Shown: positions 1-11,382 of the stretch, piece after piece
Numbering within the stretch: the stretch's first letter is position 1
Layout of the letters: each line of letters starts with the position of its first letter
Assembly (NCBI RefSeq): GCF_963921235.1
Contig: NC_086118.1
Span: 18,354,001 to 18,418,000, forward strand
Direction of reading: 5' to 3'
DNA length: 64,000 bases
Origin: Mobula hypostoma
Lineage: Eukaryota
Position numbers and translations under genes: made by a program
Notes under the pieces: model-generated
Seen by the model: the letters and a program-made list of their open reading frames with translations, nothing else
Told to the model about the DNA's origin: nothing
The model's database searches: none

Positions 1-529
1 ATAGTGTAAGAAAGATAAATAATGCTTGGGCTAGTAATTGAAGTGCTGCTTAATCAATTGCCAAGAGGCAAATATTGTGCCAACAAAACATGGTGTAAAA
101 ATCCAGCCTAGTGATTTGCATGAGGCAGTTAATGCAAGTTCTGGGTATTTAAGATAGATTTATCATATTTCTCTCAGATGGTTTTGAGCTCTGAATCAGT
201 GATCTTCAAGACAAAGAATTCCAATGAAATAAATGTTCTTTTTTTTTCCACTGAATTCCCAGGAAATCATGATTCTAATACCTCCTGGCTTTCAAGGAGA
301 TTTAGTTTAGTGAATGTCACCAACACAATAGAAAATGCTTTGATTTTAAGCATGGCTTAAATGAGACAAACATTGAATTAAATGGGTAAGGTGCCACTTT
401 AGAGCTAAGATTATAATCTGAGATCATATCCAAGATTTTGCACATTAGTTTCTAAATATTCCAAAAGTAGTAGGAATTATAACCGGGTTTATAAGATTTT
501 CAGTAATTGTAAGAGTCCTGAGGATTAGA

Positions 530-710
530 GCATTTTAGGACTCAGCAAAAAGAGGACTAAGAAATTGGTTTTAAAAAAAGGCGAGAGAGAGTACAAGAGT
601 GAGCCAAAGAGAAACATAAAAAGTGACTATAAAGGATTTATATTCATGCTCTACAGAGAAGACTAACAACGGAAAACGTTGTCCTTCTGGAGAGTGGCAG
701 AGGTTGATGT
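530..710 (+). mobile_element. Decayed CR1 LINE ORF2 fragment
   Basis: Translates loosely to the CR1 KRTKKL..EY.S..RNIKSDYKGFI tether region also seen in better copies (19.6 kb, 32.75 kb, 41.4 kb). Confidence 0.55.
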
Positions 711-3108
711 TAGGAGTAGGGGGGCAGGGGAAAGGAAGGATTGAATTTGGAGAGTGAGTCTGAGAGGAAGTGGCAAATGATAGTTAGAAGGAAGAAAATA
801 TGGAAGCAATATAGACATAGAAACATAGAAAATCTACAGCAAAATAGAGGCCCTTCGGCCCACAATGCTGTGCCGAACATGTACTTAAATTAGAAATTAC
901 CTAGGGTTACCCACAGCCCTCTATTTTCCTAAGCTCCAGGTACCTATCCAGGTGCCTCTTAAAAGACCCGATCGAATCCACCTCCACCACTGTCGCTGGC
1001 AGCTCATTCCATGCACTCACCACTCTGCGTAAAAAACTTACCCCTGACATCTCCTCTGTACCTACTCCCAAGCACCTTAAAACTGTGTTCTTTCATGTTA
1101 GCCAATTCAGCCCTGGGAAATAGCCTTTGACTATCCACACAATCAATGCCTCTCATCATCTTATACACCTCTATCAGGTCACCTCTCATCCTCTGTCGCT
1201 CCAAGGTAAAAAGGCCAAGATCACTCAACCTATTCTCATAAAGCATGCTCCCCAACCTAGGAAACATCCTTGTAAATATTCTCTGCACCCTTTCTATGGT
1301 TTCCACATCCTTGCTGTAGTGAGGTGACCAGAACTGGACACAGTACTCCAAGTGGGATCTGACCAGGGTCCTATATGGCTGTAACATTACCTCTCGGCTC
1401 TTGAACTCAATCCTATGGTTGATAAAGGCCAATACACCGTATGCCTTCTTAACCACACAGTCAGCCTGCACAGCAGCTTTGAGTGTCCTATGGACTCAGA
1501 CCACAAGATCCCTCTGATCCTCCACACTACCAACAGTCTTACCATTAATGCTATATTCTGCCATCATACTTGACCTACCAAAATGAACCACCTCACACTT
1601 ATCTGGGCTGAACTCCATTTGCCACTTCTCAGCCCAGTTTAGCATCCTATCGATATTTCACTGTAAGCTCTGACAGCCCTTCACAACACCCCCAACCTTT
1701 GGGTCATCAGCAAATTTACTAACCTATCTCTCCACTTCCTCATGCAGGTCATTTACAAAAATCACGAAGAAAAGGGGTCCCAGAACAGATCCCTGAGGCA
1801 CACCACAGGTCACCAACATCCATGCAGAATATAACCCGTCTACAACCACTCTTTGCCTTCTGTGGGCAAGCCAGTTCTGGATCCACAAAGCAAAGTCCAC
1901 TTGGATCCACTGCCTCATTATTTTCTCAATAAATCTTGCATGGGGTACCATCTTGCTGTAATCCATATACACTACATCTATTGATCTACCTTCATCAATG
2001 TGTTTAGTCACATCCTCGAGAAATTCAATCAGGCTTGTAAGGCACAACCTGCCTTTGACAAAGCTATGCTAATCATATTATGCCTCTCTAAATGTTCATA
2101 AATCCTTCCTCTCAGGCTCTTCTCTATCAACTTACCAACCACTGAAGTAAGACTCACTGGTTTATAATTTCCAGGGCTATCTCTACTCCCTTTCTTGAAT
2201 AAGGGAACAATATCTGCAACCCTCCAATCCTCTGTAACCTCTCCTGTAACCATTGTTGATGTAAAGATCATTTCCAGAGGCTCAGCAATCTCCTCCCTCG
2301 ACTCCCACAGTAGCCTGGGGGATATCTTGTCCAGTCCCAGTGACTTTATCCAACTTGATGCTTTCCAAATGTTCTGTGCTCTTTCTTAATGTCTATATGC
2401 TCAAGCTTTTTAGTCCACTGTAAGTCATCCCTACAATCAGTAAGGTCGTTTTCCATAGTGAATACTGAAGCAAAGTACACCTCCAGTTCCATACACACTT
2501 TTCCACTGTCACACTTGATTGGTCCTATTCTCTCACATTTTATCCTCTTACTCTTCAGATACTTGTAGAATGCCTTGGGGTTTTCCTTAATCCTGTCTGC
2601 CAAGGCCTTTCCATGGCCCCTTCTGGTTCTCCTAATTTCATTCTTAAGCTCCTTCTTGCTAGCATTATAATTTTCTGGATCTGCATCATTAACTATTTTC
2701 TTGACCCTTTCATAAGCTTTTCTTTTCTTCCTGACTAGATTTTCTACAGCTTTTGTACACCATGGTTCATGTACCCTACCATCCTTTCCCTGTCTCATTG
2801 GAACATACCTATGCAGAACGCCACACAAATATTCCCTGAACATTTGCCACATTTCTGCCGTACATTTCCCTGAGAACATCTGTTCCCAATTTATGCTTCC
2901 AAGTTCCTGCCTGATAGCTTCATATTTCCCCTTACTCCAATTAAACGCTTTCCTACTTGTCTGTTCCTATCTCTCTTCAATGCTATGGTAAAGGAGATAG
3001 AATTGTGATCACTATCTCCAAATGCTCTCCCACGGAGCGACCTGACACCTGACCAGGTTCATTTCCCAATACCAGATCAAGTACAACCTCTCCTAGGGTT
3101 ATCTACAT

Positions 3109-4312
3109 CAGAGGTTCCCAACCTTTTTTTGCACTGCGGACTGGTTTAATATTGACAATATTCTTGCAGACCAGCCGACCCGGGATGTGGGGGGGGGGGG
3201 TGGGGTAGGGTTGCCAACGGACAAGAGTAGCAGTCAAATACGTTGTGTTTACCCTGAGAAAGACTACAATGACCATGAAGCCTTGAGCGGGCACCAGTGC
3301 ACATGCGTGTACGTGCCGATTTTTTTTCTACAAATCGTTTTTGGCCATTCTATTTGGGGGGGGGGTGTTAATCACGACCAGAATATAGGTGATAAGTGGC
3401 TAATACACTCAATTTCATTTCTAAAAGAGTTTATCTAACGGATTTAATATTAAACACACAGCACATATTTTCTTTGCATGAATATAGTGATAAGTCAATT
3501 ATCAGGGAGCTTGAAGTAAGAGTTGAACAAATTTACAGCAGAAGTGGTAGAGGCAAGTTCGATATTACCATTTAAAGAAAAATCGGATAGGTATATGGAC
3601 AGGAAAGGAATGGAGGGTTATAGGGTGAGTGCAGGTCGCTGGGACTAGGTGAGAGTAGTGTTCGGCATGGACTAGAAGGGCAGGAATGGCCTGTTTCCGG
3701 GCTGTAATTGTTATATGGTTATGTAAGTCACTTATAAGTCAATAGCATCATAACATTTTAAGTAACGTTTGGATATTAAACACACAGCATATATTTTCCC
3801 CTTATGAACATATAAAATCATTGCAACGCTGAACTGGTGGGAGCCCTGGGCTTGTTTCCCTGCAACAAGACAGTCCCATCGAGGGGTGATGGGAGACAGC
3901 GATACTCGAAGGGGGTTCCGGTTCCTTATGTCCAGTCTATTCCGCAATTTAGTTTTCGTTGCATTCATTGCAGAGATATGTTGGAAGTGGAAGCAACGTT
4001 TTCAGTGCTTTCGTGGCTATCTCAGGATATTCAGCCTTGACTTTGATCCAGAATGCCGGCAGAGGTGTTACGTCAACATACTTTTCAGCCTGTCGTCATT
4101 TGCAAGCTCGAGGAGTTGATCTCCTTCCCGCGCCGACATGGATGACGCGTGGGTAGTGACCTCGCGTGCATTCAAGTTCAACAGTGGGCGTGACAGGAAT
4201 GAGGACAGCTGCAGCTGACTCATATCGCCAAATCATATCGTTTCCTTGCGGCCTGGTAACGCATGCTTTGCGGCCCGGTACCGGTCCGCAGCCTGGTGGT
4301 TGGAGACCGCTG
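3109..4312 (-). mobile_element. Non-autonomous hAT (Charlie/Buster-type) DNA transposon, copy 1
   Basis: TIRs CAGAGGTTCCCAACC / GGTTGGAGACCGCTG; perfect 8-bp TSD ATCTACAT (3101-3108, 4313-4320); transposase C-terminal remnant TKTKLRNRLDI..LRVSLSPITPRWD.LVAGKQAQGSH. Confidence 0.93.
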
Positions 4313-5676
4313 ATCTACATATTGTGTCAGGAAACTTTCCTGAACACATCTAACAAGCTCCACCCCATCTAAGCCTCTTGCTCTAGGGAGATGCCAATCA
4401 ATATTGGGGAAATTGAAATCTCGCATCGTGAGAACCCTGTTATTATTGCACAGTTCCAGAATTTGTCTTCCTATCTGGTCCTCAATGTCCCTGTTACTAC
4501 TGGGTAGTCAATAAAAACACCCAGTAGATTTATTGACCCCTTCCTGTTCCTAACTTCCACCCACAGAGACTTGGTAGACAATTCCTCCATGACTTTCTCC
4601 TTTTCTGCAGCCGTGACACTGTCTTTGATCAAAAGTGCCATGCTCCCACCTCTTTTGCCTTCCTCCCTGTCCTTTCTGAAACTTCTAAGGCCTGGTACTC
4701 TAAGCAGCCATTCCTGCTCCTGAGCCATCCATGTCTCTGTAATGGCCACAACATCATAGCTCTAAATACTGATTCAAGCTCTAAGCCCATCCGCTTTGTT
4801 CATGATACTCCTTGCATTAAAATGGACACATCTCAAATCATCGGTCTGAGCGTATCCCTTCTCTATCACCTGCCTATCCTCCCTCTCAAACTGTATGCAA
4901 GCTTTCTCTATTTGTGAGCCAACCGCCCGTTCCTCCATCTCTTCAGTTCGGTTCCTACCCCCCAGCAATTCTAGTTTAAACTCTCCCCAGTAGCCTTAGC
5001 AAACCTTCCTGCCAGGATATTGGTCACCCTCGGATTCAAGTGCAACCTGTCCTCCTTGTACATGTCACACTTGCCCCAAAAGAGGCCCCAAAGATCCAGA
5101 AATCTGAATCCCTGCCCCCTGCTCCAATATCTCAGCCATGCATTTATCCTCCACTTCACTCTATTCCTATACTCACTGTCGTATGGCACAGGCAGTAATC
5201 CTGAGATTACTATCCTTGTGATCCTGCTTCTCAGCTTCTTTCCTCACTCCCTGTAGTCTGTTTTCAGGACCTCTTCCCTTTTTCTACCTATGTCGTTGGT
5301 ACCAATATGTACCACGACCTCAGGCTGTTCACCTTCCCACTTCACAATATCATGGCTACGATCAGAAACATCCTGGACCCTGGCACCTGGGAGGCAAACT
5401 TCCATCCATGTTTCTTTCCTGCACCTACAGAATCGCCTGTCTGACCCCCTGATTATAGAGTTTCCTATCGCTGCTGCCATCCTCTTCCTTTCCCTACCCT
5501 TCTGAGCCACAGGGCCAGACTCTGTGCCAGAGGTGCGGCCACTGTTGCTTCCTCCAGGTAGGTCATCCCCCCCCAGTAGTAGCCAAACAGGAGTACTTAT
5601 TGTTAAGGGGGATGGCCACAGGGGTACTCTCTACTCTTCCCTTTCCTGACTATTACCCACTTATCTGTCTCCCAAG

Positions 5677-5722
5677 CGTCGGGCTTTGGCCCCCTAGGCC
5701 TGAGTCGACGTAGTAGCAGTAG
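5677..5722 (+). mobile_element. 46-bp 5'-truncated retroposon 3' end with (TAG)n-like tail
   Basis: 11-bp TSD TGTCTCCCAAG (5666-5676, 5723-5733); hairpin followed by gtagtagcagtag tail. Confidence 0.7.
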
Positions 5723-6589
5723 TGTCTCCCAAGGCCCCGGTGTGACTACCTGCCAATAACTCCTATCTATCAACTCCTCACCGTCCCTGACCAGACAAAA
5801 GTCATCGAGCTGCATTTCTAGTTCCCTAAGGAGCTGCAGCTCGACGCACCTGACACAGATGTGGCAGTCTGGGAGGCATTCGAAAGTCTCCACGTCTCCA
5901 AAATGCTCGACTTACATCCCCAACACAACGGCTCTAACTGCACTCAGTTGATCCGAATTAACAGGGCACATCATTATTATGCAAAGGACTCTCAAAACAG
6001 ACAATCTTGTGGAACGTGATTGCCAGTTGGCCAAAGGAACTGACTCAAGGATTCAGGTTATAGAAATCCCTGGCCCAAAACGGAGAAAGAGCTTTTTATT
6101 CATGACCCCAATCCATTCTTTGGAAGTGTGCAGAAAGCCAGCATAAAGAGCGGAAGGACTACACAACAACCCACTCCTTGAACTTTACTGCCCCACCTCT
6201 GGCAAATTCTGGAGTCACAAATTGGACTCAGTCGTCTCAGAAACCAAAAGGATGAAAATTACCCTCATCCCCAAGGAACAGCTTAAGAAGGAGGAATTCA
6301 ATATCTGATGTTCCTTGCCTCAGCACAAGGAGTTCTCTGAACTGTGTATTTGAGAGATTCCCTAGAGCATGTGTTAGTGTGTGCCTAAAACCAGGTGCAT
6401 AGATGTTTGTCTCAATCTGCTTGGATTAACCAGAATAAGTATTAATGGCTGTATGTTCTATTTTGCTTTTGTATTCAGTTCCTTTAAATTGATTGGAACT
6501 GAATTTTTAGAAGCAAAGTAGCTGCCACTACATGGTACATTTAATGTGATCAGTTTAATGTCTTGATGTCAAATTCTGTTTGATCATAT

Positions 6590-7010
6590 TGCAGTGAAAC
6601 ATCTTAAGGCATTTTGCTATATTACAAGGTGCTATGTAAATCTAAGACCTTGGTGTTGTTTTCACGTACTGGAATATTGATCTGGATCACTGAAATCAAT
6701 TCCTGCCATGACAACTGGTGAATTTAAATTCAAGTAACCAAATAAGCCCAGAATAAATAGCTGGTGTTATTAATCATTACTGGATGTACTCAAAAATCCG
6801 TTCTGGAACTCAAAAGTCACACGAGAGGTAATTTTGCATCCTATATATGACTCCTATATATGACTACAAACACACAACAATGAAGTTAACCTTTAAATGA
6901 CTTATAGTAGTAACCAGATAATCTTGTTTCAGTGATATGAGTTGAGGGAAAAATCTTGACCAAGACTTTTAGATAATTCTAGTGTCCTTTATCATATTGT
7001 GTGTTGTGAG
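6590..7010. mobile_element. Cluster of very old SINE remnants (tRNA-SINE and Deu-domain-like pieces)
   Basis: Resembles SINE 3' tail (..aaggtgctatgtaaat..gttgtt), a tRNA-SINE body at 6685-6900 and a Deu-like segment gttgagggaaaaatcttgaccaagac; recognition only. Confidence 0.35.
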
Positions 7011-7063
7011 ACAACTTAAATACCAACAAAATTAATTGCATTCATTCCTTCAAAACTTTTCCA

Positions 7064-7139
7064 AAACACTCAAAATGCTGCAGGAACACAGCAGGCCAGG
7101 CAACATCTGTGGAAAAAGTACAGTCGATGTTTCAGGCCC
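7064..7139 (-). mobile_element. Penelope terminal (pLTR) fragment with partial hammerhead
   Basis: caaaatgctgcaggaacacagcaggccaggcaacatctgtggaaaaagtacagtcgatgtttcaggccc aligns to 28070-28148 and 35020-35095. Confidence 0.8.
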
Positions 7140-8242
7140 AGTACCATAGTACTTATTGCAATGTTGTTACCGCGCCAGAAACTCGGGTTCAGTTCTGTGG
7201 CTGACTGTAAGGACTTTGTACATTCTCCCTATAATGAAGTAACTTTGTACGTTCTCCCTGTAATGAAGTGACTTTGCACATTCTCCCTATAATGAAGTGA
7301 CTTTGTACATTCTCTCTGTAATGAAGTGACTTTGCACATTCTCCCTATAATGAAGTGACTTTGTACATTCTCTCTGTAATGAAGTGACTTTATACATTCT
7401 CCCAACAATGAAGTGACTTTGTACATTCTCCCTGTAATTAAGTGACTTTGTACATTCTCCCAACAATGAAGTGACTTTGTACATTCTCCCTATAATTAAG
7501 TGACTTTGTACGTTCTCCCTGTAATGAAGTGACTTTGTACATTTTCCCTGTAATTAAGTGACTTTGTACATTCTCCCAACAATGAAGTGACTTTGTACAT
7601 TCTCCCTGTAATTAAGTGACTTTGTATGTTCTCCCTGTAATGAAGTGACTTTGTACGTTCTCCCTATAATGGAGTGACTTTGTACGTTCTCCCTGTAATG
7701 AAGTGATTTTGTACATTTTCCCTGTAATTAAGTGACTTTGTACATTCTCCCAACAATGAAGTGACTTTGTACATTCTCCCTGTAATGAAGTGACTTTGTA
7801 CATTCTCCCTATAATGAAGCGACTTTGTACGTTCTCCCTGTAATGAAGTGACTTTGTACATTCTCCCTATAATGGAGTGACTTTGTACGCTCTCCCTGTA
7901 ATGAAGTGACTTTGTACATTCTCCCTATAATGAAGTGACTTTGTACACTCTCTCTGTAATGAAATGAATTTTTACGTTCTCCCCGTAATGAAGTGACTTT
8001 GTACGTTCTCCCTGTAATGGAGTGACTTTGTACGTTCTCCCTATAATGAAGTGACTTTGTACATTCTCCCTATAATGGAGTGACTTTGTACGTTCTCCCT
8101 GTAATGGAGTGACTTTGTACGTTCTCCCTGTAATGAAGTGGGTCCGTCCAGGTGCTCTGAATCCTCCCACATTCCAGGGATGTACGGATTTTCAGGTTAA
8201 TTGGTCACATGGGTGTAATTGGGTGGCATGGCTCATTGTGCC
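7140..8242 (+). mobile_element. V-SINE-like tRNA SINE split by an internal minisatellite expansion
   Basis: B-box-like gggttcagttc at about 7185; central domain ctgtaagga.tttgtac.ttctccc ... ggtgctctgaatcctcccacattcca; 3' part ttaattggtcacatgggtgtaattggg; homologous to SINEs at 14930-15200 and 57604-57868. Confidence 0.75.
7213..8140. repeat. Minisatellite, 32 x 29 bp (ACTTTGTACRTTCTCCCTRTAATGAAGTG)
   Basis: 928 bp = exactly 32 units; no spacers; only substitution variants. Confidence 0.97.
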
Positions 8243-9143
8243 ACGACTGCTGCAATTTGCCCGTCTTTCACTGGTGAGTTCTTGAGAGTCTGGGAGGCTG
8301 TGTGCCTTGATTTAGCTCAGAAGTTGGCAGGATAATGTCATGCTCCTAACAGCTGACAGCCATCATATCATTTTAAAATGCTGCCAGTATTAACTCCCAG
8401 GAGTTAATATCCTCCCTTTAATTTCAAGGGCTTTTAGTTTTGGGAGGGGAGTATGCATTCGCCTGCAACCTCGCCGTATCTAAAATACACCAGAACTGGA
8501 CACACTTGATGCACACATTCACTGTTGCTTAGTGCATCTCATAGAGTCATAGAAAACCACAGCACAGAAAGAGGCTCTTCAATCCACCTAGTCCATGCTG
8601 AGCCACTTCAATGCCTAGTCCCATCGACCTGCACCCGGACCATCGCCCTCCATACACCTTCCACCCATGTACCTATCCAAACTTCTCGTAAACCTTAAAA
8701 TTGAAATTGCATCCACCACTTGTGCTGGCAGATTCTTCCATTCTCACCAGCGGCTCAGTGAAGAAGTTTCCCCTTAAACATTCCACCTTTTGTCCTTAAC
8801 CTGTCACCAGTAGTTGTAGTCTCATCCTACTGCAGTGGAAAAAGACTGCTTGCATTTGCCTCATCTATATCCCTCATAATTTTGTATATCTCTATCAAAT
8901 CTCCCCTCAATGTCCTATCTTCTCTGGAATAAAGTCCTAACCTATTTAATCTTTCCTTATAACTTAGGCCCTCAAGTCCCAGCGATATTCCTGTAAATTT
9001 TCTCTGCACTCTTTCAATCTTATTTACATTTTTCCCGTAAGTAGGTGACCAAACCTGCAGAAAATACTTCAAATTAGATCTCACCTACATCTTATATAAC
9101 TTCAACATAACATTCCAACTCCTGTACTCAATACTTTGAACTA

Positions 9144-11382
9144 CAGTGCCTAAAAATGTATTCACCCGCGCCCCCCCCCCCGGAAGTTTTCAGGTTTTAT
9201 TGTTTTACAACATTGAATCACAGTGGATTTAATTCAACCTTTTTGACACTGATCACCAGAAAAAGACTCTTGTGTCAAAATGAAAACCGTTCTCTACAAA
9301 GTGAACTAAATTAATTACAAACATAAAACATAAAATAACTGATTGCATAAGTATTCACCCCCTTTAATATGACACACCCAATCATCATTGGTAATTGTTT
9401 TTAGAAGTCACAACATTAGTTAAATGGAGATCTGTTTTTGGAGACCTGTGTGCAGTCTAGGTGCTTCAATTGATTGTAGTAAAAATACACCTGTATCAGG
9501 AAGGTTCAGCTGCTGGTGAGTTCGTATCCTGTCAGAAACCACACATGAAGACAAAAGAACACTCCAGACAACTCCACAAAAGGGTTATTGAAAAGCCCAA
9601 GTCAGGAGATGGGTACAAGAAAATTTGCAAGTCACTGAAAATCCGTTGGAATACAGTTGGTGTCAAAATGGTTGTTGTGATGCATCTATTGTGGTAGTGT
9701 AGTGGGTAGTGTTTGTCGCTCTCACTTCCAGCTTCCACTGCTGGCTAGCAGTCTTGTGAAAAGGAGAGCTGTGTGTGTAAGTCTCTCCCTGTCAGTACAT
9801 AGCCTCTCTAAAAGCAAGCCTCGTGTAGTGCCTCTTCACTGGCAAAACACGGAAACTGAACTCCTTTGGACTCAGGCTGAATTACAGAAGACGAGGAGGA
9901 GGTCTGGCCCCTGCACATCTAGCACATAGGCCCACCGGTGTATAGACTCGCCCAGGTGCTCGTGACCCAAATACCCAGCTATGGGTAGATAGCTCCACTG
10001 CCTTGTGAGCAGCCTTAGGAGAGACAAAGGCTACGGGAGCCCCTAAGGCAGCTGGATGTCTTTTAACTTCCTTCCGGCAGCTCCTGCAGCCAAGTTGGTG
10101 CCAAATATATTGCTTTATCTTTCGTTTGGACTACACTGGTGAGGCCAAGAGGGGAATTTTGATGACTGGGTATCTCAAGATCTCCATACCAGGCTTATGA
10201 TGCTGATAATCATCACCCATTATCCTTTGAGACAGACAGATGCCAACCAACCAACGTTAAGTCAACCATCAGGAAATGAAAAGAATATGGCACAGCTGTA
10301 AATTTACCTAGAGCAGGCCATCCTCAAAAACCGAGTGACCATGCAAGAAGGGGTCTAGTGAGGGAGGCCACCAAGAGACCTATGACAACTGGAGGAGTTA
10401 CAAGCTTTAGTGGCTGAGATAGGAGAGACTGCGCATACAACTGTTGCCCGGGTACTTCACCTGTCACAGTTTTATGGGAGAGTGGCAAAGAGAATGCCAC
10501 TGCTGAAAGAAACTCTTATGAAATCTCAGCTAGCGTTTGCCAGAAGGCATGTGGGAGACTCAAAAATCAGCTGGAAGAGGTTCTATGGTCTGATAAAGCC
10601 AAAAATGAGTTTTTCAGCCATCAGACTAAATGCTATGTTTGGTGTTAGCCAAACACCAGACATCATTAAAATCACACCATCCTTACCATGAAGCATGATG
10701 GCGGCTACATCATGCTGAGGGGATGCTTCACTGCAGCAGGCCCTGAAAGGTTCGTGAAGGTAGAGGGTAAAATGAATGCAGCAAAGTACAGAGAAATCCT
10801 GGAGGAAAACCTGATGCAGTCTGCAAGAGAACTGTGACTTGGGAGAAGATTTGTTTTCCAACAGGACAGTGATCCCAAGCATAAAGCCAAAGCTACACAT
10901 GAATGGCTTAAAAACAACAAAGTTAATGTCCTGGAGTGGCCAAGTCAGAGTCCAGACCTCAATCCAATTAAGAATTTGTGACTGGACTTAAAAAGGGCTG
11001 TTCACTCACAATCCCCATGCAATCTGACAGAGCTTGAGCAGTTTTGTACAGAAGAATGGGGAAAAATTGCAGTCCAGATGTTCAAAGTTGATAGAGAACG
11101 ATCCACACAAACTCAAGGCTGTAATTACTGCCAAAGGTGCATCTACTAAATACTGACCTGAAGGGGATGAATACTTATGCAATCAATTATTTTGTGCTTT
11201 ATATTTGTAATTAATTTAGATCACTTTGTAGAGACCTGTTTTCACTATGAGACGAAAGAGCATTTTTTCTGTTGATCAGTGTCAAAAAAACAAATTAAAT
11301 CCATTTTGATTCAGTGTTGTAAAACAATAAAACAATAAAACATTTGCCTCCAAGAGGGGGCGAGTACTTTTTATAGGCACTG
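9144..11382 (+). mobile_element. Tc1-family IR/DR (Sleeping Beauty-like architecture) DNA transposon with pseudogenised transposase
   Basis: TA TSDs (9142-9143, 11383-11384); ends CAGTGCCTA..TAGGCACTG; about 220-bp inverted repeats, each with inner and outer GTATTCACCC-type direct repeats; transposase from MKTKEHS..GYKKI (about 9546) through FQQDSDPKH and [11 protein letters not shown] to KGASTKY* (11156), with stops and frameshifts. Confidence 0.95.
9659..10255 (+). mobile_element. About 600-bp non-coding RTE-derived short element inserted in the Tc1 transposase
   Basis: Transposase frame breaks at ..WNTV and resumes at KSTIRK; insert ends ..ttgagacagacagatg(ccaa)3c, resembling RTE 3' ends; possible GTT TSD. 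Confidence 0.6.

Larger units (their letters stand above)
811..5900 (-). mobile_element. Near full-length decayed CR1 LINE (ORF1 Zn-finger + SGNH esterase; ORF2 APE endonuclease + RT), interrupted by a hAT at 3109-4312
   Basis: (TTCTATGT)n-type tail at 811-830. ORF fragments: CPDCHICVRC-like Zn finger (5603-5893), GNSIIRG/VHIGTNDI esterase (5244-5510), AITETW and DFNFPNIDW APE motifs, GVPQGSVLGP RT, LEYCVQFWSP C-terminus. Confidence 0.93.

Noticed and set aside
160..360. Splice-acceptor-like sites and the 60-aa ORF at 178-360
   Set aside because: No convincing donor and no recognisable protein
5900..6500. Possible LTR next to the CR1 5' end
   Set aside because: No TG..CA boundaries, TSD or second copy found
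7213..8140. CRISPR-like array (29-bp periodicity)
   Set aside because: Units are head-to-tail with no unique spacers; no cas genes; vertebrate SINE context
7229..8170. Repetitive ORFs (MYKVTSL..) as proteins
   Set aside because: By-products of translating a 29-bp tandem repeat
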